A stretch of DNA of 35,494 nucleotides. Source: a virus. Lineage: Duplodnaviria > Caudoviricetes. The position numbers were made by a program, and so were the translations under genes. The stretch is taken from the IMG/VR virus record IMGVR_UViG_3300046025_000057, positions 1-35,494 of that record, one strand, 5' to 3'. Under the pieces are notes generated by a model. The model had not been told where the DNA came from. It worked only from the letters and a program-made list of their open reading frames with translations, and did not search any database. Shown here in pieces: positions 16,685-26,322 of the stretch; within the stretch, counting starts at the first letter, position 1; each line of letters begins with the position of its first letter.

Positions 16685-17557
16685 TTACTCCGTGTGTCCG
16701 TAGTTGTAGTAGCCGTAGCGCGATCCGCCGAGTTGGCCGACACTGGGCGTCGCCTCGATGAGCGCGATCGACAGGTCGGCCCGCCAGACGAGCGAGTCCC
16801 GCTCGTGGCTGACGGTCCAGTCCGTCACGACGTACCGGCCTGCCTGGAGGTACGCGTCGGCCGACCCGTTCGCAGGCGGCGTGATTCGCACGGTGTTTCG
16901 GTTTTCCGGGTGGTTGTCGACGTAAAAATCGTCGCCGCCAGGAACGGATTCCTTGCTCACGGCGGCAATCGTCCCGAGTGTCTCCAGGAGGACCTCGCCC
17001 TGCACGGGCGTCGGTGTTAGCCGGAGGGTTGTCGTCCGGGCGCGCTTCGCGCCGCCTGCGACGTCGTCCTCGTCGAGCGCAAGTTCGCCGAATCGGAAGT
17101 CAAATGCCCAGTCCGAGTCCGAGGGGGACTGTGCCAGCAACCTCGAATCCGCACCGCCGTGGCCATACCGGTAGTGGCCGTAGCGTTCGTCTGCGTCCTG
17201 ATCGGGGGCTCGGTTCTTGAGTCGCACGAGCGTGAGGCTCGCACTGTACTTTAGTGAGCCACCGTCTGCCTGCCGCTCGGTGTACGACTTGACCGTGTAC
17301 TCGTCCTCGATGAGGAACGGCCGGAGTCGCTCGGGCGGCGTCACGGTGACGGTCTCCGGGGTCCCGCTCAGGTCGACGACCTCACGAGTGCCGTCGGCTT
17401 TGGTGATGGTGGTGAAGTCTCCCGTGTCCGCAGCGAGCTCCCGCACCTCGTCGAATGCAGCCGACGGGACGCGGACGAGGACGCCGAACCCGAGCTGACC
17501 AGCGCGGTACTGCCATCGCGACGCGGTCACCTCCTCTCCGTTAATCTGCCACGGCAT
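16685..17557 (-). CDS. Minor tail protein (internally duplicated)
   Basis: Position in the tail module; two halves each with V.(V/I)TPP...Y.V and a RYG.Y.YGH tail. Confidence 0.65.
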   Translation of the reverse strand: MPWQINGEEVTASRWQYRAGQLGFGVLVRVPSAAFDEVRELAADTGDFTTITKADGTREVVDLSGTPETVTVTPPERLRPFLIEDEYTVKSYTERQADGGSLKYSASLTLVRLKNRAPDQDADERYGHYRYGHGGADSRLLAQSPSDSDWAFDFRFGELALDEDDVAGGAKRARTTTLRLTPTPVQGEVLLETLGTIAAVSKESVPGGDDFYVDNHPENRNTVRITPPANGSADAYLQAGRYVVTDWTVSHERDSLVWRADLSIALIEATPSVGQLGGSRYGYYNYGHTE

Positions 17558-17559
17558 GA

Positions 17560-19296
17560 CTACCCGCCTCCGAGGATCTGGCGGTAGACGTCTCCCTCGA
17601 CGTAGACGATGACGTGCCCGAGGCTTTCCGAGGTCACCTCGATCGTGTTCATCCGACCAGGGGTAAGTTCGCCGCGAACGTCGACGGCCTTTTGGAACTC
17701 TCCAGTTCCGTCACCGAACGCAGTTCCCTGAGACGTGCCGTTCACGAGAACATCGCAATTACTCGGGTAGTGGGTCGTTCCGTCGAAGTCCTCGATGACG
17801 CCGGGGTCTGGCTCGTGCGTGTGCGGACTACTCGCGGACGCCGAGGTCGTCGTTGTCGTCGATCCGAGCGCTGTTTTCGACGTCTTGACTTCTTCCTCAG
17901 TATTACTCGGATCGCCCGTCCCCTCGACGAACCCCAGTTCGGTGTTGTGCCCAGCCTTCTCGAACGTATGCGAGTGACCGTCAGTCGTTGAGGTCGCTGT
18001 CGATTGATAGTCAAGTTGATGCGTATGGTAGGGGACGGGAATCGTCACGTCGTGGGCGTGTTCGGGATGGTCTACTTCGACCTCGTGTGAGTGCTCGTCG
18101 CCTGCGGTCGCTGCGCCCTGCGAGTACGCTCGATACGGCAGTCCGATTACGCGAACGTTCAAGCGGTGTTCATACTCGACCTCCGCAGGGTAGTAGAGCC
18201 GCATCTGGTAGGCATGGGTACCGTTCACGGGCTGGCGGCCGCCTGACGCGTTGATCGGAACTGCCGTCCCCTGGACAGCCTTATTGTACCGCTGGACGTC
18301 CTTCCGGGATTTTGCAGCCTCGCGCTCGCGGGCGAGAATCCGCGACGAGAGCGTCGTCTCGTACTTGACGCCGTCCTCGGTAATCTTCCGGACGACGTTG
18401 ACGACGGCGAACCGGTCGTCGATCCCACGCTTGGGGATCTCGACCGGGAACGTGTCGCCGAGCACCACGGATGCGTCGAGATTCCGGATGGTCGCCTTGA
18501 TTTCGATCCACTGCGTGGACAGTTCCGCGATGAGCTCGTCACCCTGCTCGGCGAGGGTGGCCTCGTCGGTCATCTCCTTGTTCGAGTAGACCTGCCACTT
18601 CTCGCGATCCGTCTCCGGGTCGAACTTGGGAGCGGTTATCTCGGCGGTTCGCTGATGGACGCCCTCGCCAGCACCGAGCATCCGGACGTGGTTCGCACGG
18701 TCGCCGCCGCCCTTCTTCGACACTCTAACGTTGTCAACGACTCGTTGATTCCGTGCCGAGATTACCGCCTCGCGGTCCTTCCCGATGCGGGACAGGTAGT
18801 CGACCGTCTTCTCAGGGTTGTAGCGGACTCGCGCACCGGTCGCGTCGGCGACCGACCGGATGCGCTTGGCCTGCGTCGCGTGCGAGAACAGGAACGACAC
18901 GCCCGACTTGACGGTCTCGACCGTGCCCGCCTCGATCTGGGGGATGCTGTCGATCGCGGCCTGGACGATCGTGGCGTCGTCGACGTTGACCCAGCGGTCC
19001 GCAGGACCGGTCGGCTGCGCGTCGAGGCCGTACCGCTCGAAGCTATCGACGAGGAGCGTCGTCGTCCCGTCCCCGATATCGACGTTCCGGAGGACGCCTC
19101 CGAACACCAGTCCGCCCGCGTCTTCGAGGAAGACTTCGTCGTCGTCCTCCTCGAGGTCCGCCGCCCGCGCAGCGCTCCGGGTCGTCGTGAGGGAGGCTTG
19201 CGACATCCGATCGATGTCGTGCTCGTCACTCGACTTCACGAACGGCAGTTCGTCGGTCGTTCCGTCGCGGTGCTCGACACGAATCCTTCGACTCAT
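17560..19296 (-). CDS. Tail tip/hub protein with HxH-rich insert
   Basis: Immediately downstream of the tape measure; hub-like N-terminus; HSH/HAH/HTH/HSH/HTH motifs. Confidence 0.7.
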   Translation of the reverse strand: MSRRIRVEHRDGTTDELPFVKSSDEHDIDRMSQASLTTTRSAARAADLEEDDDEVFLEDAGGLVFGGVLRNVDIGDGTTTLLVDSFERYGLDAQPTGPADRWVNVDDATIVQAAIDSIPQIEAGTVETVKSGVSFLFSHATQAKRIRSVADATGARVRYNPEKTVDYLSRIGKDREAVISARNQRVVDNVRVSKKGGGDRANHVRMLGAGEGVHQRTAEITAPKFDPETDREKWQVYSNKEMTDEATLAEQGDELIAELSTQWIEIKATIRNLDASVVLGDTFPVEIPKRGIDDRFAVVNVVRKITEDGVKYETTLSSRILAREREAAKSRKDVQRYNKAVQGTAVPINASGGRQPVNGTHAYQMRLYYPAEVEYEHRLNVRVIGLPYRAYSQGAATAGDEHSHEVEVDHPEHAHDVTIPVPYHTHQLDYQSTATSTTDGHSHTFEKAGHNTELGFVEGTGDPSNTEEEVKTSKTALGSTTTTTSASASSPHTHEPDPGVIEDFDGTTHYPSNCDVLVNGTSQGTAFGDGTGEFQKAVDVRGELTPGRMNTIEVTSESLGHVIVYVEGDVYRQILGGG

Positions 19297-21536
19297 TGGT
19301 TGATCTCCGTCGAGGTGATGAACGTATCCTTTGCGTCAGTGGTTGCTCGCGCCAGCTCGCGCTCGCCGACCTGGAGGACGACGTCCTGCTCGCTGCCCGA
19401 CCGTACCTCTCGGACGAGGTCGTCTAGCCGCGAGAGGACGTCCCTAGACATCGACTGGTCGCGCTCGATGACCCGCTCACCTCGCTGCTCGCGGTCAACC
19501 TCGGCGGGGTTGAGCACGCGCTCGCCGGCGTGCAGCATGGCGAGACCGCCCTCCTCGATGTAGCCGCCAGTGTCCAGCTGCGGGAGGTCGAGACTCCCGC
19601 CGCCGATCTGTTGGCCCGCAATCGAGGTCGAGGGTAAGCTAATCTCGTCTGGGACCGCCGAGTTGAACGCGTTCGCGAACGCGTCGCCGACCGCACGGCC
19701 AGCGTCCTCCAGGATTCCGACTAACGCGTCTTTCAGTCGTGGCCCCCACTCTTCGGCGAAGTCGATGATGCCGTCGAGCGTCCGCTCGGCGAACCCTGCG
19801 ATGAGGTTCCAGGCTTCGCCCCAGTCGCCGCGGATCAACGCCATCCCGACGCGGAAGGTCGTCAGCAGCAGGTCGAACGCGGTTTCGAGGTAGCCCTTCA
19901 CGAACTCGAACGCGAACTGGACCACGGTCATGATTTCGTCGCCGAACAGTTCCCACGCTGTCGTGTAGAGCGAGATATACCCCTCGATGAGCGGCAGGAG
20001 GACCGCCAAGACGTCGTTGATGACGTTCTTGATGTGCGCCATCGTCTCGTCGATCTCCCTACTGATCTCCTCGCCGTGGCGCTCCCAGACGCGAGCCAGC
20101 CCCTCGAGAACCGGCTCAATGACGTTTTTCTGGAGGATGGTGAGTGCCGTTCGGACGGTCGAGACGATCGTCTCGAACGCCGCCTTGGTTTTGTCGCGAA
20201 TACCGAAGATGTTCGCCGTCCACGCGCCCGCCAGCAGCGCAACTGCCGCTATCGCGATGCCGACGGGGCCCGTGAGGGCGGCAAACGCCGCACCGACCGC
20301 GCCGATCACGGCGGACATCCCGCCGAGCATCGACACGACGGCCGCCCCTGCGGCAACAAATCCACCGAGCGCTCCCGCGACGAGCGAGACCGTCCCGATT
20401 ATCCCGTTGGTGCGTTCGTTCCAGTCCGAGAACACACTGATAGCGTCGTTGACGAACCCGAGTAGATCGGATGCAACGGGCAGAAGGTTCTCCCCAATCT
20501 GGATGGCGACGTTTCGGAGCCGGTTCATCATGACCTTCTTCCGGGCGTTGAAGGTGTCCGCTGCAGACTCGTACTCGTCCTGGAGTGACGAGCCTGCCTC
20601 CATCTGCTCGTTCGCGGCGGCCTGGGCGTCCGCAAGCCCCTCGAGGTTCTGCGCGAGCCCACTGAGCGTCTGCCGGGACGTCGTCGACAGCACCGACCGC
20701 AGTTCGTCGGCCGCCTCTCCGCCGTCCGCGAAGTGCGTGGCCATCTGCTCGATGAGCTCGTTGGGCGACTCCTTTCGCATCGTCCGGAACTCCTCGGCGC
20801 TCATCCCGAGCGCATCGGCAAGGTCTTCGACCTTCCCAGGGTCCTGGAGGTCCTGCGCGAACCGTCGAAGCCGGGTCCCGGCGATCCGTGAGGACGACGA
20901 GACCTCGTTCATCGTCGCGTTCAGACTCAGGATCTGCTCGCTGGTGAGCCCGAGCTGGTTCAGCGCGCCTGACGACCGCGTTGCCGCGTCCGTGATCTCG
21001 GACGCGCTCGTCGACAATGTGTTCGACAGCTCGTTCACGGCCGAGCCGACCTTCTCGACGTTCTCGATGGGCTCGTCCATGAGCGTCGTCATCCGGGCGA
21101 CCGCCTCACCAGCCTCAGATGTCGACAGGTCCGTCGCGACGGCCATCCGGGAGACGGACTTGGTAAACCGACGGATGTTCTCCTCGCCCTCGATTCCGAA
21201 CCGGCCGGCTTGGGCTGCGATACCAGCCAGTTCGTCCTGGGCGACGGGCATCTCGGACGCCATCTCCCGAATTGCGTCTCCCATCGCCTCCGCGGTCTCG
21301 GGGTTGGTGACCTTCTCGACCTCGACCATCTGTTCCTCGAAGTTCGCCGCGGCCTGCGTGGCCTTGGCGAGCCCGCCCGCGGCGAGCGCCCCGAGCGCGA
21401 GACCTGCACCGGCGACGGCTTTCTTGAAGCTACCGAGCTTCCCGATCGCGCCGTCGATTGCCCCGCCGAAGCCACTGGTGTCTGCACCGACTCCGACGGT
21501 GACGACCGGGTCTCTCGCGAATGGATTTTCTGCCAT
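19293..21536 (-). CDS. Tail tape measure protein (TP901-like core)
   Basis: AANFEEQMVEVEKVT, Ala/Gly-rich helices, Trp-periodic repeats, LDTGGYI...MLHAGERV. Confidence 0.92.
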   Translation of the reverse strand: MAENPFARDPVVTVGVGADTSGFGGAIDGAIGKLGSFKKAVAGAGLALGALAAGGLAKATQAAANFEEQMVEVEKVTNPETAEAMGDAIREMASEMPVAQDELAGIAAQAGRFGIEGEENIRRFTKSVSRMAVATDLSTSEAGEAVARMTTLMDEPIENVEKVGSAVNELSNTLSTSASEITDAATRSSGALNQLGLTSEQILSLNATMNEVSSSSRIAGTRLRRFAQDLQDPGKVEDLADALGMSAEEFRTMRKESPNELIEQMATHFADGGEAADELRSVLSTTSRQTLSGLAQNLEGLADAQAAANEQMEAGSSLQDEYESAADTFNARKKVMMNRLRNVAIQIGENLLPVASDLLGFVNDAISVFSDWNERTNGIIGTVSLVAGALGGFVAAGAAVVSMLGGMSAVIGAVGAAFAALTGPVGIAIAAVALLAGAWTANIFGIRDKTKAAFETIVSTVRTALTILQKNVIEPVLEGLARVWERHGEEISREIDETMAHIKNVINDVLAVLLPLIEGYISLYTTAWELFGDEIMTVVQFAFEFVKGYLETAFDLLLTTFRVGMALIRGDWGEAWNLIAGFAERTLDGIIDFAEEWGPRLKDALVGILEDAGRAVGDAFANAFNSAVPDEISLPSTSIAGQQIGGGSLDLPQLDTGGYIEEGGLAMLHAGERVLNPAEVDREQRGERVIERDQSMSRDVLSRLDDLVREVRSGSEQDVVLQVGERELARATTDAKDTFITSTEINQ

Positions 21537-21539
21537 GAG

Positions 21540-21812
21540 TTACTGAAGTCCTAAATCGCCGAATTGCTCCTGGCGGGCCGCACGGTGGCCGCGCTGGAGT
21601 TTCTGCTTCTGCTTGCGCAGGTCTGGATTTGATTCGTCTGCTGGGACGGCATCCGCCGCTTGCTCGGAGTGAACGTGATGTCCGAGCATCAGCAGGTTAA
21701 TCTCGTGAGGCGTGAGCCCCGTGATCGGGGCGTCGCCGTGGAACGAGTACGTCGTCTCCTTATGAAGCCACCAGACGAAGGACGCTGCGGACTCCGCAGC
21801 GGTTAGTTTCCC
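21540..21812 (-). CDS. -1 frameshift extension of the tail assembly chaperone (gpGT-like)
   Basis: Open -1 frame (LTAAESAASFVWWLHKETTYSFHG...FGDLGLQ) from the slippery site GGGAAAC to TAA 3 nt before the tape measure ATG. Confidence 0.8.
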   Translation of the reverse strand, partial: GKLTAAESAASFVWWLHKETTYSFHGDAPITGLTPHEINLLMLGHHVHSEQAADAVPADESNPDLRKQKQKLQRGHRAARQEQFGDLGLQ

Positions 21813-22153
21813 TGCGCTTCGTTGCGCTTCTCGAGTTCCGCTTGGACCTCGGCGGCCATGCCATCCCCGCCGCCGACCGAATAGTCGACGATGCCTTCGA
21901 GATAGCAGAACAGTTCCCGAGAGGTCAGGCTCTCGTCGTCGGGGATGTCGGGCTTGACGAGGTGGGTGTCGACGATCTCGCGGAGCCGCTCGACGTCGAC
22001 GTCCTCGCCCAGTTCCTCGTACCGTTCCTGCTGGCTGATCGTCGGCGGCAGGAGTTTGATGGTGACCTCCTCACCACCCCATTCGTAGGTGTGCTCGACC
22101 GGTCGGAGCTCGCCGTCCTTGTCGCGAACGGATGGAAGACCGTACTCGCTCAT
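21803..22153 (-). CDS. Tail assembly chaperone (gpG-like)
   Basis: Lies between tail tube and tape measure; ends CAG GGA AAC TAA. Confidence 0.85.
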   Translation of the reverse strand: MSEYGLPSVRDKDGELRPVEHTYEWGGEEVTIKLLPPTISQQERYEELGEDVDVERLREIVDTHLVKPDIPDDESLTSRELFCYLEGIVDYSVGGGDGMAAEVQAELEKRNEAQGN

Positions 22154-23394
22154 GCGTTAGCCTCCAGTTCGATCGCCGGGTCACCCGACGCTGTGAGTGT
22201 CTCCGACAGGCTCGCGGCACCCTGATCTGCCTCTCGGGTCTCGGTCGCCGAGTCGGTCGGGACGGTGTTCGAGAACCGGACCACGCCACCCGACAGTTCG
22301 TGTTCGAGAGGATGCTGGGTCTTCTGGAGTGACTCCATCATGCTATTGTGGCTGACGAACTGGCCGCCGACGTCGGCCTCGATGGAGACGTTCCGGTTCC
22401 CCTCGTCGACGGCGGGCGCACGCGTCTCGTGAAGCGCGGTCGTGCCGATGTTGTTCGCGACGATCCAGCCGGCGCTGTTGACGCGCGGGCGAACTGCCGA
22501 GCCGGCGGGCCGCTCGAAGCGGTCGCCGACGAAGTGCTCGAACGACGACCCGATCTCGCTCGCTCGCGAGCCCGCACCGAGTACGGGGACGCCCTGGTCG
22601 CCGTCGACGGGCTGGTCGTCGTCGGAGTACTTTAGCCCACCCGTGAGCTCCAGCAGCGTCGTCCCGCTCCCGTCGGTGATAGTGACGTTCCCCTCGGGCG
22701 GGGCGTCCAGCCAGACCGCGTCGATGTCGCCGAACTCCGTAGTGCCCGTCGTGACCTCGGTCGTCCCGTTCAGGGCGACCTGGGCACTCTTGCCAGCATC
22801 CTCGTTCTCGATGGTGATGGTCATCGTGTCGTTGTCGCTCGACGACGAGATCGTCAGTGCCGTCGCCGCGCTCGGCTGGTGGATGAGGTAGCTTCGGACG
22901 CGAGTCGGCTGGCAGTCCAGCTCCATCAGGATCGGGTTCTCCTGGCTCGGGTCGAGCGTCGGCGAGACGGAGTCGACAGCCGCGCCGCGGACGACCTTGT
23001 ACTCGCGAACGCCAGCGTCGTCGTTCCCGCCGGGGTACTCTCGGCGAGCGACGGCGAGGAGCGTGCCCGGGAGGCGGTTGTACTCGTCGCGGAGGAGGCC
23101 GTAGCCCGAGGGATCGACTGGGTCGCCGTTGCCGTCGACGGGGAAGCGCTGGAGGTCGTAGCCAACGCTCAGGCTGGGTTCCTCCATGCCGCGGTTGTGG
23201 TCGACGGCGTCGGCGGTCGCGAGGGCGTCCTGGCGGCTGAGGCTCGCCCCGGCGTCGGCCTCGAACGACCGGATGACGTCCGAGAAGTACTGGAAGTCGG
23301 GGTCGGTTGGTACTTCGCCGCGCGCGGGCTCGGGGGCCCATTCGTAGCGCCCGGGCAGCTGTCCACTGTCGGGGGTATCAGTTGCTGTTGGCAT
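22150..23394 (-). CDS. Major tail tube protein
   Basis: Position upstream of the chaperone; beta-rich acidic 414 aa. Confidence 0.7.
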   Translation of the reverse strand: MPTATDTPDSGQLPGRYEWAPEPARGEVPTDPDFQYFSDVIRSFEADAGASLSRQDALATADAVDHNRGMEEPSLSVGYDLQRFPVDGNGDPVDPSGYGLLRDEYNRLPGTLLAVARREYPGGNDDAGVREYKVVRGAAVDSVSPTLDPSQENPILMELDCQPTRVRSYLIHQPSAATALTISSSSDNDTMTITIENEDAGKSAQVALNGTTEVTTGTTEFGDIDAVWLDAPPEGNVTITDGSGTTLLELTGGLKYSDDDQPVDGDQGVPVLGAGSRASEIGSSFEHFVGDRFERPAGSAVRPRVNSAGWIVANNIGTTALHETRAPAVDEGNRNVSIEADVGGQFVSHNSMMESLQKTQHPLEHELSGGVVRFSNTVPTDSATETREADQGAASLSETLTASGDPAIELEANA

Positions 23395-23397
23395 GTG

Positions 23398-23571
23398 TTA
23401 CTCGAGTGGTTCGATGTCGTCGTAGTGCTCGACCACGCGCTCGCCGACCTCGGCGAGCACTTGCGCGGTGCCAGTGCTCGCGAACTCGACGCCGGGCGGG
23501 TCGTAGTGCTCGCCCATTATTTCCTCGTCGTAGAGCGCCCGGAGCGCAGGATTCGTCGTCTTAATTCGCAT
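23398..23571 (-). CDS. Small hypothetical virion-module protein
   Basis: ATG 23571; acidic. Confidence 0.65.
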   Translation of the reverse strand: MRIKTTNPALRALYDEEIMGEHYDPPGVEFASTGTAQVLAEVGERVVEHYDDIEPLE

Positions 23572-23573
23572 GG

Positions 23574-24104
23574 TCAGGGGGTCTCGGTGTGTTTCGTTCT
23601 TGCGACCACGATTCGCCGATAGTGCGTCGGCGACCGCTTGGTGTCGTTCGACTCGAACGGCTGCTCGGCGTTGACCCACTCGTAGCCGTCCGGCACGGGT
23701 GGGCCCACGTCGGCTTCGTCAGCCTCGAAGAGGACGCGATGCGTCTCGCGGCCCAGTTCGTTCGCGACGGTGTCGGGATCCGAGTCCTCTGTCTGGTAGA
23801 CGTCGGCATCGTGGGGGCCGCCCCAGCAGTCGATCTGGACCGCCGTGATAACGTCCTGGATGCCGCCGCGGCCGCCAGCGTCGATGCCGGAGTACTGCGT
23901 CTGTCCACCGCCGGCGACGACCGGATCCTCCGAGACGACCGCGACCTGCGGGTAGTCGTTCGCGCCGTCGTAGTCGGCGAACCGGACGTCGCCCGCTGCG
24001 GTCGGGTCGGTGGGGTCGCCAGGGCTGAACGTGACCGAGACGGCAGTTTCGTCGAAGTGCTCGCGCAGGAAGGCGACGAGGTCGGCCTTGATGTCGCGCA
24101 CCAT
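23574..24104 (-). CDS. Tail completion/terminator-like protein
   Basis: Position; YPQVAV...VQIDCW pattern. Confidence 0.6.
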   Translation of the reverse strand: MVRDIKADLVAFLREHFDETAVSVTFSPGDPTDPTAAGDVRFADYDGANDYPQVAVVSEDPVVAGGGQTQYSGIDAGGRGGIQDVITAVQIDCWGGPHDADVYQTEDSDPDTVANELGRETHRVLFEADEADVGPPVPDGYEWVNAEQPFESNDTKRSPTHYRRIVVARTKHTETP

Positions 24105-24105
24105 C

Positions 24106-24453
24106 TTAGTCCTCCACCACGGTCAGCGCGGTCACGCCGCCGTCCTCTTCGTGCGTGTCGAGGAGCCGGTAGGTCGTCCCGTTCGGATGCTGCAGTTTCG
24201 TCGGGTAGCCGTCGTCACTCCCCGCCGGACGGAACGTCACCCCGTCGGGGACGGCGCGAAGTTCGAGGTCAGTCTCGACCTCGGTGCCGTCGGAGTCGGT
24301 GGCGGTCTGGGGCATCCCCCGGCGTTCAAGTACGGCGGTGACCGTTCCGTCGTCACTGTACGACGGCGTCGACCGTCCACCGCCACCGCTGGCGTTTCGG
24401 ACGGTGTATTCGCGTCCGCGTGCTCGAATTAGTCGTTGACTGGGGCCCTTCAT
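24106..24453 (-). CDS. Head closure/head-tail joining-like protein
   Basis: Position and size; LIRARGREYTVR beta-rich pattern. Confidence 0.55.
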   Translation of the reverse strand: MKGPSQRLIRARGREYTVRNASGGGGRSTPSYSDDGTVTAVLERRGMPQTATDSDGTEVETDLELRAVPDGVTFRPAGSDDGYPTKLQHPNGTTYRLLDTHEEDGGVTALTVVED

Positions 24454-24454
24454 G

Positions 24455-24841
24455 TTAGCTCTCCTTGCGTGCCTTGATCGATGCGATTGTCTCGCCCGTA
24501 TCGCGGATGTCTTTCTGGTCGGCGATCTTCTTCGCCTCCGCCTCGACCGCGAGCGCGGCGCACTTCACGACGTTCGCTTCGCTGGTCAGCGGAATGCCCT
24601 GCGAGCGACTGATTTGCTTAACGTACTGCGACAGGTTCGCCTGGACGCGTTCGGCCGCAGGCCGCATGAACGGCCGCGCCTCCATCTTGCTCGTCCCCAG
24701 CTCGTGATACACAGCGTACTCGGTCGACGGTCCGACCAAGTAGACCGTATCTCCGTCGAAGGAGATCTTGAGCTGTTCGAACAGGCTGATGGTCTCGGCG
24801 AGCCCGCTGATCGAGAGCCCCCAGCCACTGGAACCAGCCAT
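24455..24841 (-). CDS. HK97 gp10-like neck protein
   Basis: EYAVYHELGTSKMEARPFMRPA; DTG. Confidence 0.8.
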   Translation of the reverse strand: MAGSSGWGLSISGLAETISLFEQLKISFDGDTVYLVGPSTEYAVYHELGTSKMEARPFMRPAAERVQANLSQYVKQISRSQGIPLTSEANVVKCAALAVEAEAKKIADQKDIRDTGETIASIKARKES

Positions 24842-24846
24842 CGCGC

Positions 24847-25242
24847 TCAGTGCCCCCCTTTCGTGTTGGGAACGTGGATCGAGGCCGTAGGCTTCCCGCC
24901 GTCGAGACCGAGGAGACTGTCAGGTGCGTCGAGGCGGCGTGCACGCGACCGGAGTTGATCGATGAGGCTCTCCTCGTAGGTGACTGAGGTTCGTCCCGAC
25001 TTCGTTTGACTATCCGCTCGGTCTCGCGTGGTTGCGATGTGGATCGCGGCGAGTACCGCTTCGAGGTCGCGGCGGTCGTCGGTGCCAGCGGCTGGCGGGC
25101 TGTCCATCTCGCGCTCGATATCTCGCTCGACTCGGCCGAGAATCCCCGTACTGGTATCGTCGGTGGAGTCACCTTCGATCTCCGTATCGCTCAGGTGGGT
25201 GTCGATCTCGATACGGACGTCGGAAGCGCCAGCAGTGGGCAT
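24847..25242 (-). CDS. Head-tail adaptor-like protein
   Basis: Position; LEAVLAAIHI...GRTSVTY pattern. Confidence 0.6.
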   Translation of the reverse strand: MPTAGASDVRIEIDTHLSDTEIEGDSTDDTSTGILGRVERDIEREMDSPPAAGTDDRRDLEAVLAAIHIATTRDRADSQTKSGRTSVTYEESLIDQLRSRARRLDAPDSLLGLDGGKPTASIHVPNTKGGH

Positions 25243-25244
25243 AA

Positions 25245-25559
25245 TTAGGCGTTCGCTCGGACCTCCGCCGAGTACGTCACTCCGTTGCTACTCTCCAGTT
25301 CGACGCGCTCGCACTGCGGCACGTCGGCCGTAACCGTGCCCTCCGCGCCAGTCCCGCTCAGCGTCCGCTGCTCGACCGGATACGTCCGTACCTTGCCCTC
25401 GATTCGGATCGTGACCGTGTCGTCCGCATTTCCTTCGAGGTCTTCGAGGGTGGCGATGACGGTCGGGGACGTCAGCTCGGACGTGTCTGCCGAGACCGGG
25501 TCGCCAGCAGTGAGCGAGTCGCTGTTTGCGAGTTGGACGGCGGCGTCCCACGAGTCCAT
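25245..25559 (-). CDS. Hypothetical beta-rich virion protein
   Basis: Acidic ORF in the head module. Confidence 0.65.
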   Translation of the reverse strand: MDSWDAAVQLANSDSLTAGDPVSADTSELTSPTVIATLEDLEGNADDTVTIRIEGKVRTYPVEQRTLSGTGAEGTVTADVPQCERVELESSNGVTYSAEVRANA

Positions 25560-25562
25560 CGG

Positions 25563-25955
25563 TTACGCCTCCAGTTCGTCGAGCCGGTCGTCGATAGCGT
25601 CTTTCGCGCCTGTCCGATCCTTGGACTCGTCTTCGAGGTAGCGGATGGTCTCCAGTTTCCCGGCATCCTCGACGCCTTCGACGCGCTCCGAGAGTTCGTT
25701 GATGGTGAGGTCGCTCGGATGCGGGTCGATCTCGTCCGGATCGAACGCGAGATCGGGAGCCTCGTCGTCAGCGTCTGGGTCCGCCGCCGGTTCGTCCTCG
25801 CTCTCACCGGCGGCTTCGTCGAGCCGGTTGAGCGAGCGCGGATGCTTCTCGAGTGCGGCCACGCTGACCGCCAGTTCGTCGCCGCGTTCGTAGTGTTCGC
25901 GGTCGTACCGGAACTCGCCAGCAGCGACGCGAACACGGACCGTGTCGTCACTCAT
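25563..25955 (-). CDS. Small capsid-associated protein with acidic linker and C-terminal helical domain
   Basis: ATG 25955; YERGDEL N-terminus; E...KDRTGAKDAIDDRL C-terminus. Confidence 0.7.
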   Translation of the reverse strand: MSDDTVRVRVAAGEFRYDREHYERGDELAVSVAALEKHPRSLNRLDEAAGESEDEPAADPDADDEAPDLAFDPDEIDPHPSDLTINELSERVEGVEDAGKLETIRYLEDESKDRTGAKDAIDDRLDELEA

Positions 25956-26319
25956 CGCTGGCCTCCTCGCCGTACACGTCGATTTCGACGTGTTGGTTCG
26001 GCGGAACCTCGACGAGCGCACCGCCGGTCGTCTCGATGGTGACCGCAGCGCTCGTCCGTTCGTGGAGCAGGCCCTCCGTGACGACCTCCGCGTTGAGTCG
26101 AACCTCGAACGTCCGTGCGTGTTCGAGGTCACCGTACTCGTCGGCGTGCTCGTCGAAATCGCGCTCGAACCCAGTGAGTTCGATGGTGCCAGCCTCGCCA
26201 CTGTACCCGATGCTGGTGCCACCAGCGACGGAGACGTCGACGGCGTCGCCATCGCGGTCGTGGTCGTGGAACGCGTCGAGGACTTCCGTGTCCCCGACGT
26301 GAATATCTGTTCGAGTCAT
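25948..26319 (-). CDS. Hypothetical protein
   Basis: Acidic ORF directly after the capsid gene. Confidence 0.7.
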   Translation of the reverse strand: MTRTDIHVGDTEVLDAFHDHDRDGDAVDVSVAGGTSIGYSGEAGTIELTGFERDFDEHADEYGDLEHARTFEVRLNAEVVTEGLLHERTSAAVTIETTGGALVEVPPNQHVEIDVYGEEASDE

Positions 26320-26322
26320 GTC

